Source: Fistulifera solaris (taxonomy: Eukaryota). From it: a stretch of DNA of 64,000 nucleotides. The stretch is taken from positions 558,001-622,000 of the forward strand of contig AP026138.1 of assembly GCA_030295235.1 (NCBI GenBank), read 5' to 3'. Shown in pieces: positions 47,427 through 58,377 of the stretch (within the stretch, counting starts at the first letter, position 1; each line of letters starts with the position of its first letter). The notes under the pieces were generated by a model. That model was given only the letters and a program-made list of their open reading frames with translations. It searched no databases and was not told the origin of the DNA. Made by a program: the position numbers and the translations under genes.

Positions 47427-48710
47427 TTTATTAGGCAAAGTAATTGGAAGACAAGTCAATATTTGTTTGGCTTCAATAAGAACGATGTCGTTTTTGCCGT
47501 CGCGGTGCTTTTTGCTGCTGCGTATCTGCGGCAGGCCTCTTTAATCCAGTATCCATTTACTGGATTTACCTTATTTCAGTGGGTTTTGGAAGGTCGAAAC
47601 AGTAAAAATGCGTTAAAATCGGTAAATTACGTAGACCTACGTAGAAAGCCTACAATACCGTAAGCCTCACCTTTTCCTAAGGCTGTTTAGCGACAATTGC
47701 ACAAATAAACCGCTTATTTGAGGCATATAACAAAACCATATTCGTAATTTTGCCTAGAGGATTCAAGGAATCAATAAGTTCAGAAAACGAGTACCAAATG
47801 GTACCTCTTTAGAATTTATGTCATGGAAAATAGATGTGATTAAGATGGGATTTAGTTGCATATTCGTGTCCTTTTCGAGCCCAATTCCATCAAATCAGCG
47901 TTTGACTTTTTTCTATGGTAATGTCACTCATTTTTAGAGCACTAGGAACTTATCCGTCTCTCTGGAACTAGATGACTAGATCATTGAGTTTTGACGAACA
48001 ATTAACAGCATCTCTACATCGCTAAGTGGGTGACTAATTTCCGTAATCATAGCATTCAAATTGAAAGATAGCGATTTTTCGCCTTAATCATTATGACTGA
48101 GGTCTTTTGATTGCTAAAGGCGATTGCCGCGATTGGAGCACTTAGCACTGATATCGTCATAACGACATAAAGATAGTTAGCAAGTTTTTTATTAAAACTG
48201 CAATCGTTAAATGTTATCGTTAAATGTTAGAGATAGTAACGCTTTTAAACGTGAAGAAAGTGCTGAGCACGTTCATCAAGTTGGCTTTGTATCATTAATT
48301 TCGATTGCATCTACATAGCAAGCCTTACGTAGCCAATCAGATTGTTCTACAGTCCCGGTTGAGACCCTCTCAGCCAATCAGAAAACGATACTCGGTCCAC
48401 CTGTTTTGGATCCTTCCACAAGGATAAAACGTACCGTTTTCCCAAAATCCATGAGCTTCTTGTGTAGACGACATATTGTTGTATGCGTTTGTAAGGAAAT
48501 GAAGTGCTTGTGAAGGACGAAACAAATGCCTCCCTTTTGTCGTGGAAAAACAATGAAAACGCGGAGACGGACACCTATTGAAAGCAGGTTCGTCATTTTC
48601 ACCGTTTGTTCCGCCTTGGTTCTTTTTTTGAATCTCCATCACCGCTCTATCCTTCCGGTTCTCTCGATTAATACTAAGAAACTTCTTACCCTTTGTTGTT
48701 CGGTGTTCGG

Positions 48711-49030
48711 TTCATGACTCATGACTGCTGTACAATCCAGTCGTGGCTGGCGTAAATCAACACTCCGTTTCATAGTGGAAATTCAAGGTGTCGATCCTCG
48801 GATTTTCGACGTGAAAATAAAAGAACAACTTAACAAGTAGTTCATAATCATCATTGTCATTACGACTTGATTTAGACCTACCCGTAATTATTATTACATT
48901 CGCAGTTGAATGACAATAGACGGATGCGAGAGACGCAAAACGGAACCCTTTGTTGTCCGGTTCATGACTACTGTACAATCCAGTCTTGGTCGGCGTAAAC
49001 CAACACTCCGTTTGATAGTGAAATTTCAAG
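48711..49030. repeat. Two ~70-bp direct repeats about 243 bp apart (dispersed hairpin-motif family)
   Basis: TCATGACT.CTGTACAATCCAGTC.TGG..GGCGTAAA.CAACACTCCGTTT.ATAGTG.AA.TTCAAG at about 48719 and about 48962. Confidence 0.85.
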
Positions 49031-49113
49031 TATAAATATTACGGAGTAATCTATTTCGGATCTTTCTGCATTCAAACAGAGTAAATCATTGATAGTTAGT
49101 TATCACTCCTACC

Positions 49114-50481
49114 ATGAAAAAGTCAAGAATTCTGTATTTTGCGGCGTCTTTTATGCTCGCAAGGCCGGCCGTCTCATTCGTGCTACCTCGTAATTTGAAT
49201 GCTCCGCGCACGATGCCAACCACTGTGGTTCCGAACTTTTTCCCGAACAGGATAATTGCATCTTCTTCTTCATCGTCTTCTTGCTTGAAACTATCTGTAC
49301 CGAGAACACTTCACTCCGATCCTTTTTATTGCTTATCAGCAATACTGCTACTGAGTACATTTGGTATATCGTTAGAACGACGAACGGTCGTGGGGAAAGC
49401 CCTTTCCGCTCCGTTGGCGACCATGGCTCTTGCTTTGTTCGTAGCAAACGTTGGTATAGTACCCTTTGAAGCTCCCATATATTCCGTCATTAACAAATTC
49501 ATTGTGCCCTTGGCGGTCCCCATGTTGTTGTTTGATTCCGATCTTCGACGTGTCATCCGCGACACGGGATCGTTGTTGGTGGCCTTTGGCGTCGGAGCCG
49601 TGGCGACCGTCGGTGCCACCCTGCTGGCCTTTCCGCTGGTCCCCATGCGTTCATTGGATGACAACAATTGGCGCGTCGCTTGTGCTCTGGCAGCTCGACA
49701 CATTGGTGGAGCCATCAACTTTGTGGCGGTGGCGGAAACGTTGAATATTGCGGGCTCGGTCGTATCGGCGGCCATTGCCGCAGACAATGTCGTGGTTGCC
49801 CTCTACTTTGCCATGTTGTTTGCGCTCGCCAAAGAAACGGCTCCTGTATCTAGTTCAGAGGAAAACATAGTCCAAGTTCAAGGTGACTTTGAATACAGCA
49901 TTACAGACAGTTCCAACAATCTACCTTCGCAAATGGATCTTCCTTCCGTGGCCATGGCTCTTTCCGTATCGGCTTCCCTTGTGACGATCGGTGGCTTGTT
50001 TACGAAACTACTACTTCCCAAAGGCACTTCATCACTCCCATTGACATCCGCATTGACGGTCATTGCTGCTACCATTTTTCCACATTTCTTTGCGCGAATT
50101 CGAACGGCCGGAACGGCTCTGGGGATTGTGTTCATTCAAATGTTCTTTGCCGTATCGGGGGCCGCGGGTTCCATTCGTCTCGTGTTTCAACAGGCGCCAG
50201 CTTTGTTTGCATTCTCCATGGCCCAAGTGGCCGCTCATTTCGGAATCCTCCTCAGTATTGGTCAGGGATTGTTGCGCTTGGACCCCAACGAATTGTACTT
50301 GGCATCGAACGCCAATGTGGGAGGACCTACGACGGCGGCGGCCATGGCGCAAGCCAAGCAATGGAAACGGTTGGTGTTGCCGGCTCTGCTCACGGGGATT
50401 CTGGGGTACGCTATCGCCACCCCCATTGCTCTGACGCTAGGTCCTATTCTCTGTAGATTACCGATCATTGAAAAATTTTAG
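49114..50481 (+). CDS. DUF819 (YjcL-like) multi-pass membrane protein, plastid-targeted
   Basis: PLAVPMLLFDSDLRRV, ARHIGGAINFVAV, ADNVV, LASNANVGGPTTAAAMA. Signal peptide ends PAVS-F. Confidence 0.92.
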   Translation: MKKSRILYFAASFMLARPAVSFVLPRNLNAPRTMPTTVVPNFFPNRIIASSSSSSSCLKLSVPRTLHSDPFYCLSAILLLSTFGISLERRTVVGKALSAPLATMALALFVANVGIVPFEAPIYSVINKFIVPLAVPMLLFDSDLRRVIRDTGSLLVAFGVGAVATVGATLLAFPLVPMRSLDDNNWRVACALAARHIGGAINFVAVAETLNIAGSVVSAAIAADNVVVALYFAMLFALAKETAPVSSSEENIVQVQGDFEYSITDSSNNLPSQMDLPSVAMALSVSASLVTIGGLFTKLLLPKGTSSLPLTSALTVIAATIFPHFFARIRTAGTALGIVFIQMFFAVSGAAGSIRLVFQQAPALFAFSMAQVAAHFGILLSIGQGLLRLDPNELYLASNANVGGPTTAAAMAQAKQWKRLVLPALLTGILGYAIATPIALTLGPILCRLPIIEKF

Positions 50482-50528
50482 ACTTTCAAAGATAATCTTT
50501 GCTATACAAATTACATATTAACATGGAA

Positions 50529-52055
50529 CTAATATTCCGCGGTCTTTTGTGTGGCACGGCGAAACGCTTCAGCACCAAGGAGAGCAACGGCTCGGCGTCG
50601 TGCATACGGCGCACTGGCTTGAAAGATATCGAAATCAGGGTCACCGGAAAGAGCAATGCCTTCCAAAAGCCCGAGCCCTCTGGTGACAAGGGCGAAGAAT
50701 GGAGGGACGCTGAATGGGTATCGAAAGAAAACTTCATTCAATTCATTGGATATTTCTCGTAGCTTCTTCTTTCGTTTTCGTAAATCCGATCCCGATTCCA
50801 TCACACCGACCGTCAAAATCTTGGCCAGCAACGGCTTCAGCTCCGTTGTATCAAAGTCTGGAGGCAGAAAACCCAGTTCTTTAATATCTTCGGACACTAA
50901 AGCATCGAAATCCCGTGTGATTAAATGAGCAATCGTCTTGGTCAACGAGTTCCTGTCACGAAGATCCACTTCCGCACACAAACCGAAATCCAGCAAACAC
51001 AAGGTCCCGTTGGTTGTCACCAGAAGATTTCCTGGATGAGGATCCGAATGAAATGCACCAATGTCGAGTAATTGCGTAAGAAACAGTTCAACACCTACGG
51101 GAATTAACTTATTGATCATTTCTCTCGGACAATCCGCCAACTTGACCCCTTCGATCCATTCGGATGTGATCACTTGTTTCTTGGTCAAGTCGGGATATAC
51201 CCGCGGTACTACGACCGGAACTTGTCGAATGCTCAATTCATGACGAAATCGTATTTGATTGGATGCTTCATTTTCGTAGTCCAGCTCCGAATACGAGCCC
51301 TTGGCGAAGGATTCGTACAATTTGTAATGAAAGGGAGGTTGGTTCGTGAATGTTGCCGTAAAGAAATCGACGATGACGCCGACGCGATGCAGTAACAGCA
51401 AGTCCAAACTGAACGTTCGGCGCACATCGGGTCGTTGTACTTTGATCGCCACCTCCTCGCCATTGGATTTGAGTTTCGCTTTGTAGACTTGCCCCAGACT
51501 CGCCGCCGCCACCAGTTTCATATCATCAAATAGCTCGTCTAAATCAGTTCCCAACTCGTTCCGAATGACTTGTAAAGCAATGTCATCCGGAATGGGCTGC
51601 ACGGCATCACATAACTTTTGCAATTCTTTCAACATCAAGGGTGGAACCAAATCCGGGCGAATCGAAAGTTGTTGACCCGCCTTGACAAATACAGGTCCCA
51701 ATCTCGTCAACGATTCTCGCAAACGACTCGCAAATTGGATTTGTTGCTCTTCCACTTGTTGAGGAAAAAGAACAAATTCCCACACATACCGTCCCATCAG
51801 TGGGCTCAGTTCCGAAAGAACTTGAGCGAACCGCGTCCATGTCGTCCACGGACGGGCCGCCCAGTACGTATTCAAGTGATCCCAGCAGTATTCACGAGGC
51901 AACCACAGTGCCTTGTCGTTGTTGTCGGGATAATGCGCGGCCAACCGTTCGGTACGAGATTCGAAAGCCGCAGCGAATCCTGCAACACTGGCTACGCCGA
52001 GGAAAGACGCCGACACGATCGGTCGCTTTCGAAGAATGCTTCGCACGTAAGTCAT
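50529..52055 (-). CDS. ABC1/UbiB (ADCK) atypical kinase
   Basis: LGPVFVKAGQQLSIRPDL, AASLGQVYKA, VAIKVQRP, ELDYENEA, FHSDPHPGNL, LLDFGL. Confidence 0.95.
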   Translation of the reverse strand: MTYVRSILRKRPIVSASFLGVASVAGFAAAFESRTERLAAHYPDNNDKALWLPREYCWDHLNTYWAARPWTTWTRFAQVLSELSPLMGRYVWEFVLFPQQVEEQQIQFASRLRESLTRLGPVFVKAGQQLSIRPDLVPPLMLKELQKLCDAVQPIPDDIALQVIRNELGTDLDELFDDMKLVAAASLGQVYKAKLKSNGEEVAIKVQRPDVRRTFSLDLLLLHRVGVIVDFFTATFTNQPPFHYKLYESFAKGSYSELDYENEASNQIRFRHELSIRQVPVVVPRVYPDLTKKQVITSEWIEGVKLADCPREMINKLIPVGVELFLTQLLDIGAFHSDPHPGNLLVTTNGTLCLLDFGLCAEVDLRDRNSLTKTIAHLITRDFDALVSEDIKELGFLPPDFDTTELKPLLAKILTVGVMESGSDLRKRKKKLREISNELNEVFFRYPFSVPPFFALVTRGLGLLEGIALSGDPDFDIFQASAPYARRRAVALLGAEAFRRATQKTAEY

Positions 52056-52423
52056 TCTCTGTGAATTCCGAATGAAATATAATAGCCGAACGACAATAGG
52101 TGCATGAATAAGAAATGATAGTGTTCTTTGTTATGCATTCGTTATTTTGTCCATTTTTCTCACAAAAAAGAGTCAGAAAAAAATGCGCACGTGGTCGATT
52201 CAGTGACGGAATAGACGGGACTGAACTACGTAGGGGACCTCTATGGTCTCTTGACTCTATCTTCAATGACCTTATCTTTCTCTCTAGAGTTGAATAATTT
52301 TCTTTTGTTTTTCTATTAATTTTTAGTCTCAAGCAGCCTTTTTAAAATTACATAATACACATTTTATAAATGATTGCGGCGTATGGCAACGCTCAAGGAG
52401 CTAAAAGAGTCCATCGAACGTGA

Positions 52424-53782
52424 CTACGTCTGCATCAGTCGTTTTCGAGCCACGGTCTCGGGAACACTACTGGTCTCGGACAAAAACTCATCCAACTCGT
52501 TCTGCATTTCACCATTGCGTCGTGGTCGTTGGTTCTCGTCGTCATGATAAATACAAGTGTTGAGTCCATTCTTGCTCGTAAAAAGTTCTTCCAAAATAGC
52601 ACCATCGGTTGGGTTGATGACGTGGGCTCGTGTGACACCCCGCTCCAAGGCCCAAGCCGACCATCCGAGATGGAGCAACAGCTCGACGGCCGACGAACTG
52701 AGATTCTGACGTGCATTCTCAAAGCTGGCAAAGCCCGTGTTGAATATCTTGACATGATTGTGTTCGACAAGATCGTTGACGAAACTAAGAGGGACTTCTT
52801 GTAACGGCAAACCATTTTTCTTTTGCAAGAACGACCCTTCGTTGGCCATGTAAACCAGTTTGTGCGCCCCCAAAGAAGCGGCCACGGATGCCGCCAGATG
52901 GTAGCCGTTCACATCCACCAGTTCCCCGTAGGGAGTCGTCCCCACCGTCGTCAACAGCACAATATCATTGTCGTGCATGACTTGCTTGATTCGCTGCTCG
53001 TGCACTTCCGCCGTGTAGCCATTGTATTGAAAGTCCTCATCGTGCACTCTGCCGAATCGTTGCGCCGAGTAAAAGTTACCCGAAACAATGTTTCCTTCAT
53101 TCTGTGAACCATTGTGATGTCGCAAGAAACGATTGAGTTTGCGTTCGACTTCGGTGCGAATGAAACCGGCTTCTTCTTGAAATTGGCGTAGCGTGTTACG
53201 GTCGGTGATGCGCAGCGCGTTGTGACATTCGTGCGCATTCTTCATAAGGTCAAAGTCACAATTGTCGACATTGAACCGACACCCCACCACAATCACCAGC
53301 TTCATTCCCAACAACCAAGAGAGCGCCAGATCCGACAAAATACTATTGATTTCTTTCGAATCCAACAAATCACCGGGCAAGTGTACGACACAAATCTTGC
53401 CGTGATGCGACGCAATGTACGGGGCCGAGCATTCCATCATCGCCGCGACCGGATACGCATTTTCCAATCCATTCAATCGTTGGGCGTTTTTGAATTGCTC
53501 CAACTCGGACGCTTTCTCTTCTTCCAACGCTTGTGTGGAGACAATTTCGACTTGCGAGGGATCGCGCAATGATGCGATCGAGGGTCGTGTGCGGGCACCC
53601 AATTTCGTATCAAAGACGGAAAAATCGACGGATAGTGGTGCGGAGTCATGCGATTCTTGTCGTTCGTCGTCAGATAACTTATAACGCGTCGTCGTCGAAA
53701 TGGAAGTGTATTTCAACGGCACCGAAAAGGATTCCGCCAAATGTATTAAGGCCAGCACGAACAGAGTCAGCCGTAAAATCAT
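52424..53782 (-). CDS. argA: N-acetylglutamate synthase (ArgA)-like protein, amino-acid-kinase domain only, plastid-targeted
   Basis: APYIASHHGKICVVHLPG, LRITD, GNFYSAQRFG..DFQYNG, GVTRAHVINPTDGAILEELFT match the ArgA N-terminal domain. The ORF stops about 40 aa later with no GNAT domain. Signal peptide ends LAES-F. Confidence 0.85.
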   Translation of the reverse strand: MILRLTLFVLALIHLAESFSVPLKYTSISTTTRYKLSDDERQESHDSAPLSVDFSVFDTKLGARTRPSIASLRDPSQVEIVSTQALEEEKASELEQFKNAQRLNGLENAYPVAAMMECSAPYIASHHGKICVVHLPGDLLDSKEINSILSDLALSWLLGMKLVIVVGCRFNVDNCDFDLMKNAHECHNALRITDRNTLRQFQEEAGFIRTEVERKLNRFLRHHNGSQNEGNIVSGNFYSAQRFGRVHDEDFQYNGYTAEVHEQRIKQVMHDNDIVLLTTVGTTPYGELVDVNGYHLAASVAASLGAHKLVYMANEGSFLQKKNGLPLQEVPLSFVNDLVEHNHVKIFNTGFASFENARQNLSSSAVELLLHLGWSAWALERGVTRAHVINPTDGAILEELFTSKNGLNTCIYHDDENQRPRRNGEMQNELDEFLSETSSVPETVARKRLMQT

Positions 53783-54965
53783 CGTCTTGATTCGCTATTA
53801 ATTTGAATTGGATTGTTGTGTAGAAAAGAGTCTTTTCAAATTGCAAATGAAATCGTTAGGATCCTGTTCTTGTGAAATGGCTGGATGCCAACCGAAATAA
53901 AAAAAAGTCTGGCAGCTCGCGAGAGGTTCGCCGACACACGTTCGAAAGTGCAGGTGTGGCTCTTTCGACGCTTTTTTTCGAAACGGTCTCCTTTCGAAGG
54001 ACGGAGACTCCGATCGAAATTGAGACAACGGGACTCAAGATGACTCTAGGCTAAAACGTAGTCGTACAGTTTACGACTACTACAAGGTAACGCCAAGATC
54101 GCGGATCGCTCACCGTCATCAGGACCGTTACGTTCGCGTGGCGCGAATGACCCCAAAGGGGATAGTCCAAAGTAGGCTACGACATGGCACAGGTACGACG
54201 GTTTGCCTTATCCGAAGCGCATCGCTGCGACATGAAAGATCTTCCGCGACGGAATGCGCATCAATTCTCGAAGAAAACCGAGTCAAACAAACGAAAACGA
54301 CGATGGTGAATAAAACCCTCCATCCGACCATTGTTTGGCAAAGATAACAAATAGACTCACAACTCATCACTCCAGGGACCTGCGCTAGAACTAATTGAAA
54401 CAAATGACATCCCCCGCCTACAAAGTACTGCAAGCACGCGCCTTGCAGTGTTCGTTCTCATCCGTCTTTCATCTCAAACGCACGGGGATGAATCCCCAAC
54501 AAGCTGCGTTTCTCGAAAGGGTCTTTTTGGGTGCCGTAGGGGGGCCACTGTTGGTTCTGGGATTCTCTGGATTGTAGCCATCAATAATGGTTCACAAAGC
54601 GACAAGTGAACGAGCGTTTTGACCAAGTTTGACCTTTTCTGCTCATTCGAACTGGTCTGATTCAATCTCAAAAGTTAGAGGCAACATCGCAACAGAGATC
54701 TCATATGCTTTTTCATTTTACATGCTAGCTTGATGAGATAAAGATAGTCATGAACGCGCAAAGATTGTGCTCGGAAGCTGAAGGGTTTCATTTTATAGCG
54801 GTGATACCGAAAAAACCTGTTTGACAATCGATGCACATAGGCTGAAAGCATTATAGTCATGTTATTCAACTAAAGTATGCGTATTCTATACTCTATAAAA
54901 GAAATCGTGGTACTGGACTCTGGACTCCAGCAAAGATACGCGTGGTGAGTTGCAAGAGCCAGTCG

Positions 54966-56167
54966 TTAGGCAATGAGACTCGTTTGCAACAACCGCCTAG
55001 GAGTTCCGACCAACGATAATAGATAAGTTTTGACTTTTCCAATCGATTGACTACTCATGGCTTCCCATACTTGAGCCGGCGTCCAATCCGGATGAGCTTG
55101 CAAATACATGGCCGCAGCGCCGGCCACATGAGGGCAGGCCATACTCGTACCCGTTTTCCTGTCTACCGCGTCATCACGGGTGTGTCCCGCCGATAAGATC
55201 CGCGCACCCGGTGCGAAAATATCGACGCACTTTCCGTAATTCGAAAACAAACCCATCATGTCGTATCGGGCCGTTGCGCCGACACTAATGACACTTTTGG
55301 CCGCGGCGGGCGAATACCGACACGCATTGCGGAAAAAGTTACCGGCGGCGACCACGACCACGATACCATCCGCGACGGTCGCTTCCAGTGCCTCATTGAA
55401 TGCTTCACTGTATTCTCCGGCTAACGACATGTTGATTACCATCGGCGTGGATGGATTGGCCAGCTTTTGGTCTCTGACATATTCGAGTCCCTGTAACGCA
55501 TTCGCTAACGATCCTTCGCCTTTCGAAGACAAGACTTTCACAGCAATCAGCTCCACATCCTTGGCCACACCGAACGAACTCCCTCCCACTGTCCCGGCCA
55601 CATGGGTACCGTGACCAAACCGCTAATGACATTCAAGCCACACGAGGCGCGTCCGCCAAAGTCCTGGTGCGTCGTGCGAATCCCCGTATCAAATATGTAG
55701 ACCTGGACACCCGCGCCGGTTTGTGTGTAAGAATACTGATTGTCCAAGAAAGGACGCTCCTGATCAATGCGGTCGAGTCCCCAAGAAGGCGGATTCGACT
55801 GTGCCATATTCGCAACCCTCAGTTTAATATTCTGTTCAAATATTTTAGGTGAAATGAATGAGTGAGTAAACGCTCGTATATATAAGGAAACACTTACGGG
55901 CACAACTTTGGCTACTGCCGAATCATTCTCCCACTCTTTGGCTACATCTTCTGTGACACCATCTACGGCTATGCCTTGACGTAGCTCCGTCAAAATTTGT
56001 GGTGATTGTGATTCTTGCTGTTGTTCTGCTCTGGCAAATAACCGTTGTTGAGTGGCCATTTTGTCAGAGTCTTCTGTGAAAAAGACAATGTACTGGCCGG
56101 GAATTTGACTTTCGCCAGTGCAAAAGCTTGTGGTAGTGGCAAGAAGAATAAAAACAAAGAGAATCAT
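54966..56167 (-). CDS. Secreted subtilisin (S8, proteinase K-like) with I9 propeptide; frame broken before the catalytic His
   Basis: IPGQYIVFF, WGLDRIDQ, FDTGI, GHGTHVAG, AAGN, GTSMACPHVAG. Intron at 55832-55897. Frame break at about 55615-55622. Confidence 0.9.
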
Positions 56168-56723
56168 AGTTGAAGCCTTGTCCTCTTGGCTAACAAAACA
56201 TGACGTGTCTATCGTACTCGGTATCCTCGACTAATGAATCAAATTGCGGCGCACACGAAGAAATCAAAAGAGAATGAGAAAACAGCAAAGTTTTCGCAGC
56301 CAGCTCTGTGAAATGTTTTGGTTCAACGTTCAACGCTTTTTTTCCTTTTGGCCGGATTTTTTTGGGTGTTGTTCACGTTTCATGGAATTAGATATTAGTA
56401 CCACGCGGTACCCGTAATTGTATCCATAAAACTAAAAAGCTATATTTTCTCCTTGCTAAAAAGTAGTTCGCGCCATCCCGCATCTCCTGGAAGACATCCG
56501 AACTTGCGAACGCAAGCGAATGGAGTTCTATCCAGCTAATCCAGTTAACATAAACTAATGGTAGTAGGGAAGTTGAATTAGGCTTTGAAGTCTAATACAC
56601 CGCATCTCATTTAGTTCGACTCCTGCCTCTCTGTGTCAATCTTTGCAGTTACAGAACACGATAAAATAAACTCCGTTTTCTTTTGTTGTCATTTTTGTTA
56701 GATTACATCCTTTGTACAATAGA

Positions 56724-57104
56724 TTAAAATTCAGGGAAGATCAGCTTTTCCGGTAGAGGTCCAAAAGACGAAGATCGAAGGTCGATCAGCTCGATGTGCC
56801 TGTCAATGAGGGGAGCCCGAGGACACACCGGTTTCGCAATTTCGCGTCCATCCTTTTTTGGCGTCTTGGCGAAGGTAAACGTTTCAGAGTGCTGCTGAGA
56901 TCTAGCAATAAACTCTTGTTCTCTCTCATTGTCAACATCACTCTTGATGTCTAGCATCGCTAGATTTGGTTGGAGAAGGCTCCTTACAGGGTTCTCATTG
57001 CGCGTCCTACGGAAAGAAAGGCGGAACGGGCTGGTGTCGGATTTTTGGAAGCGGTCCGCTGAGGCAGGAAGACTTTTCGATGAGGGTTTGGCAGTTCGGC
57101 ACAT
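56724..57104 (-). CDS. Small hypothetical protein
   Basis: ATG ORF of 126 aa (MCRTAKPSSK...PEKLIFPEF) in an otherwise empty region. No family recognised. Confidence 0.5.
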   Translation of the reverse strand: MCRTAKPSSKSLPASADRFQKSDTSPFRLSFRRTRNENPVRSLLQPNLAMLDIKSDVDNEREQEFIARSQQHSETFTFAKTPKKDGREIAKPVCPRAPLIDRHIELIDLRSSSFGPLPEKLIFPEF

Positions 57105-58377
57105 CGTATCAAGTAAAAAGTCGCTCTTTAATTTAAAGGATAACACACCAAAGATCGTCTTTGGTAGCGAAGTTTGCAAAAAGAATGAGACGCTTTGTTG
57201 ATTTCGAAATGGTTCTCTTCCGGCAAAATAGCGGAGAAATGGAAAAATGAGAACCTCTGGACAGCAGGGAATGCCACTTTTCCCTTCCGATTTCCGCACG
57301 AAAACAGCTGATACCACAACATTTTACTTGATAGACAAGTCCGTTTCTAAGTCAGGAACGGGGCGTTAACGAGTAACTGTGAGTAGAAATGTACGACAAA
57401 TGACTTTGACGCTTTGACGTTATTATACCTAAACTGGTCATTGTTTGTTAGTGACTACCTCCTCTATGACTTCGTAGTTTATCTATGACTATTTACCTAC
57501 AACCTACGCCAGTGCTCATTGTTTGGCGTCATTGAGTCTGGTCCATAAAGTAGGTAATTCCTTCTCTAAGCAGTATCATGACCATAATCCAATGACAATG
57601 ACCCTTTTGGAGTCCAACGTCCAATCTTTAGCCGCTAACCCTACTGAATCAATAACCTGTTCACGGATGATTTTGTTACGAGTCACGAGTCGTCATAGCA
57701 AGTCAAAATGGGTTCTTGAGGTTCTGGACTGACTAGCAATGTTAAGCACCGGTGATTTCGTATTATGATTGTAGTTTTCAAGTGAGCAGTGGTATAAATT
57801 ATTAAACAAGACCACTCACCAAGCCACATCATCGAAGTTTGGGCACCAACGTAAAGCGTGGTACAAGGATTGATATTTGCGCTATCTTCGTTGATAACAT
57901 CCTAAAAAGAAAACGAATTCCCTTGAAGTGACATGTGACATAGGTCTTAATTCTGCAAGGTAGCGAGGCAATCTAAAGGCAACTAAACTCTTTGCGTGCC
58001 GAGTGCCAAAACTCCAATCTACAGTCGACCCTAACCCGAACCTTTTTCATAGCATGGAAGGCAGGTATTTAGACGTTAAACTGCTAATATGGTTCTAAGT
58101 GATACGATTTGAATTTATCAAACGACTACAGTAAAAGAGAGTGTAGCTATAATTCTGTACTCGAATTTATGTGAAACTTCAAAAGTCGTTGACGCGCAAG
58201 TCGGAGCAGATCATCACCATGATGATGATTTTCTATTGTTTGCTCCTTGCTCGCACATCTTTCTCCCCTCATTATTGTCATTTGTAATACTCCGGAGTAC
58301 TTTTTTATTGTAGGCAAAACAAAGAAACTAAGAATTTGTTTGCACGTTCAATTACCTGATTGAGGATTTCTTTCGAC

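Noticed and set aside
48347..48717. Cluster of short ORFs in the 47.5-49.1 kb gap
   Set aside because: No recognisable motif or consistent frame. A small gene cannot be excluded but is unsupported.
54128..54869. Short ORFs between the ArgA-like and subtilisin genes
   Set aside because: No family signal, and they are mostly short with non-ATG starts.
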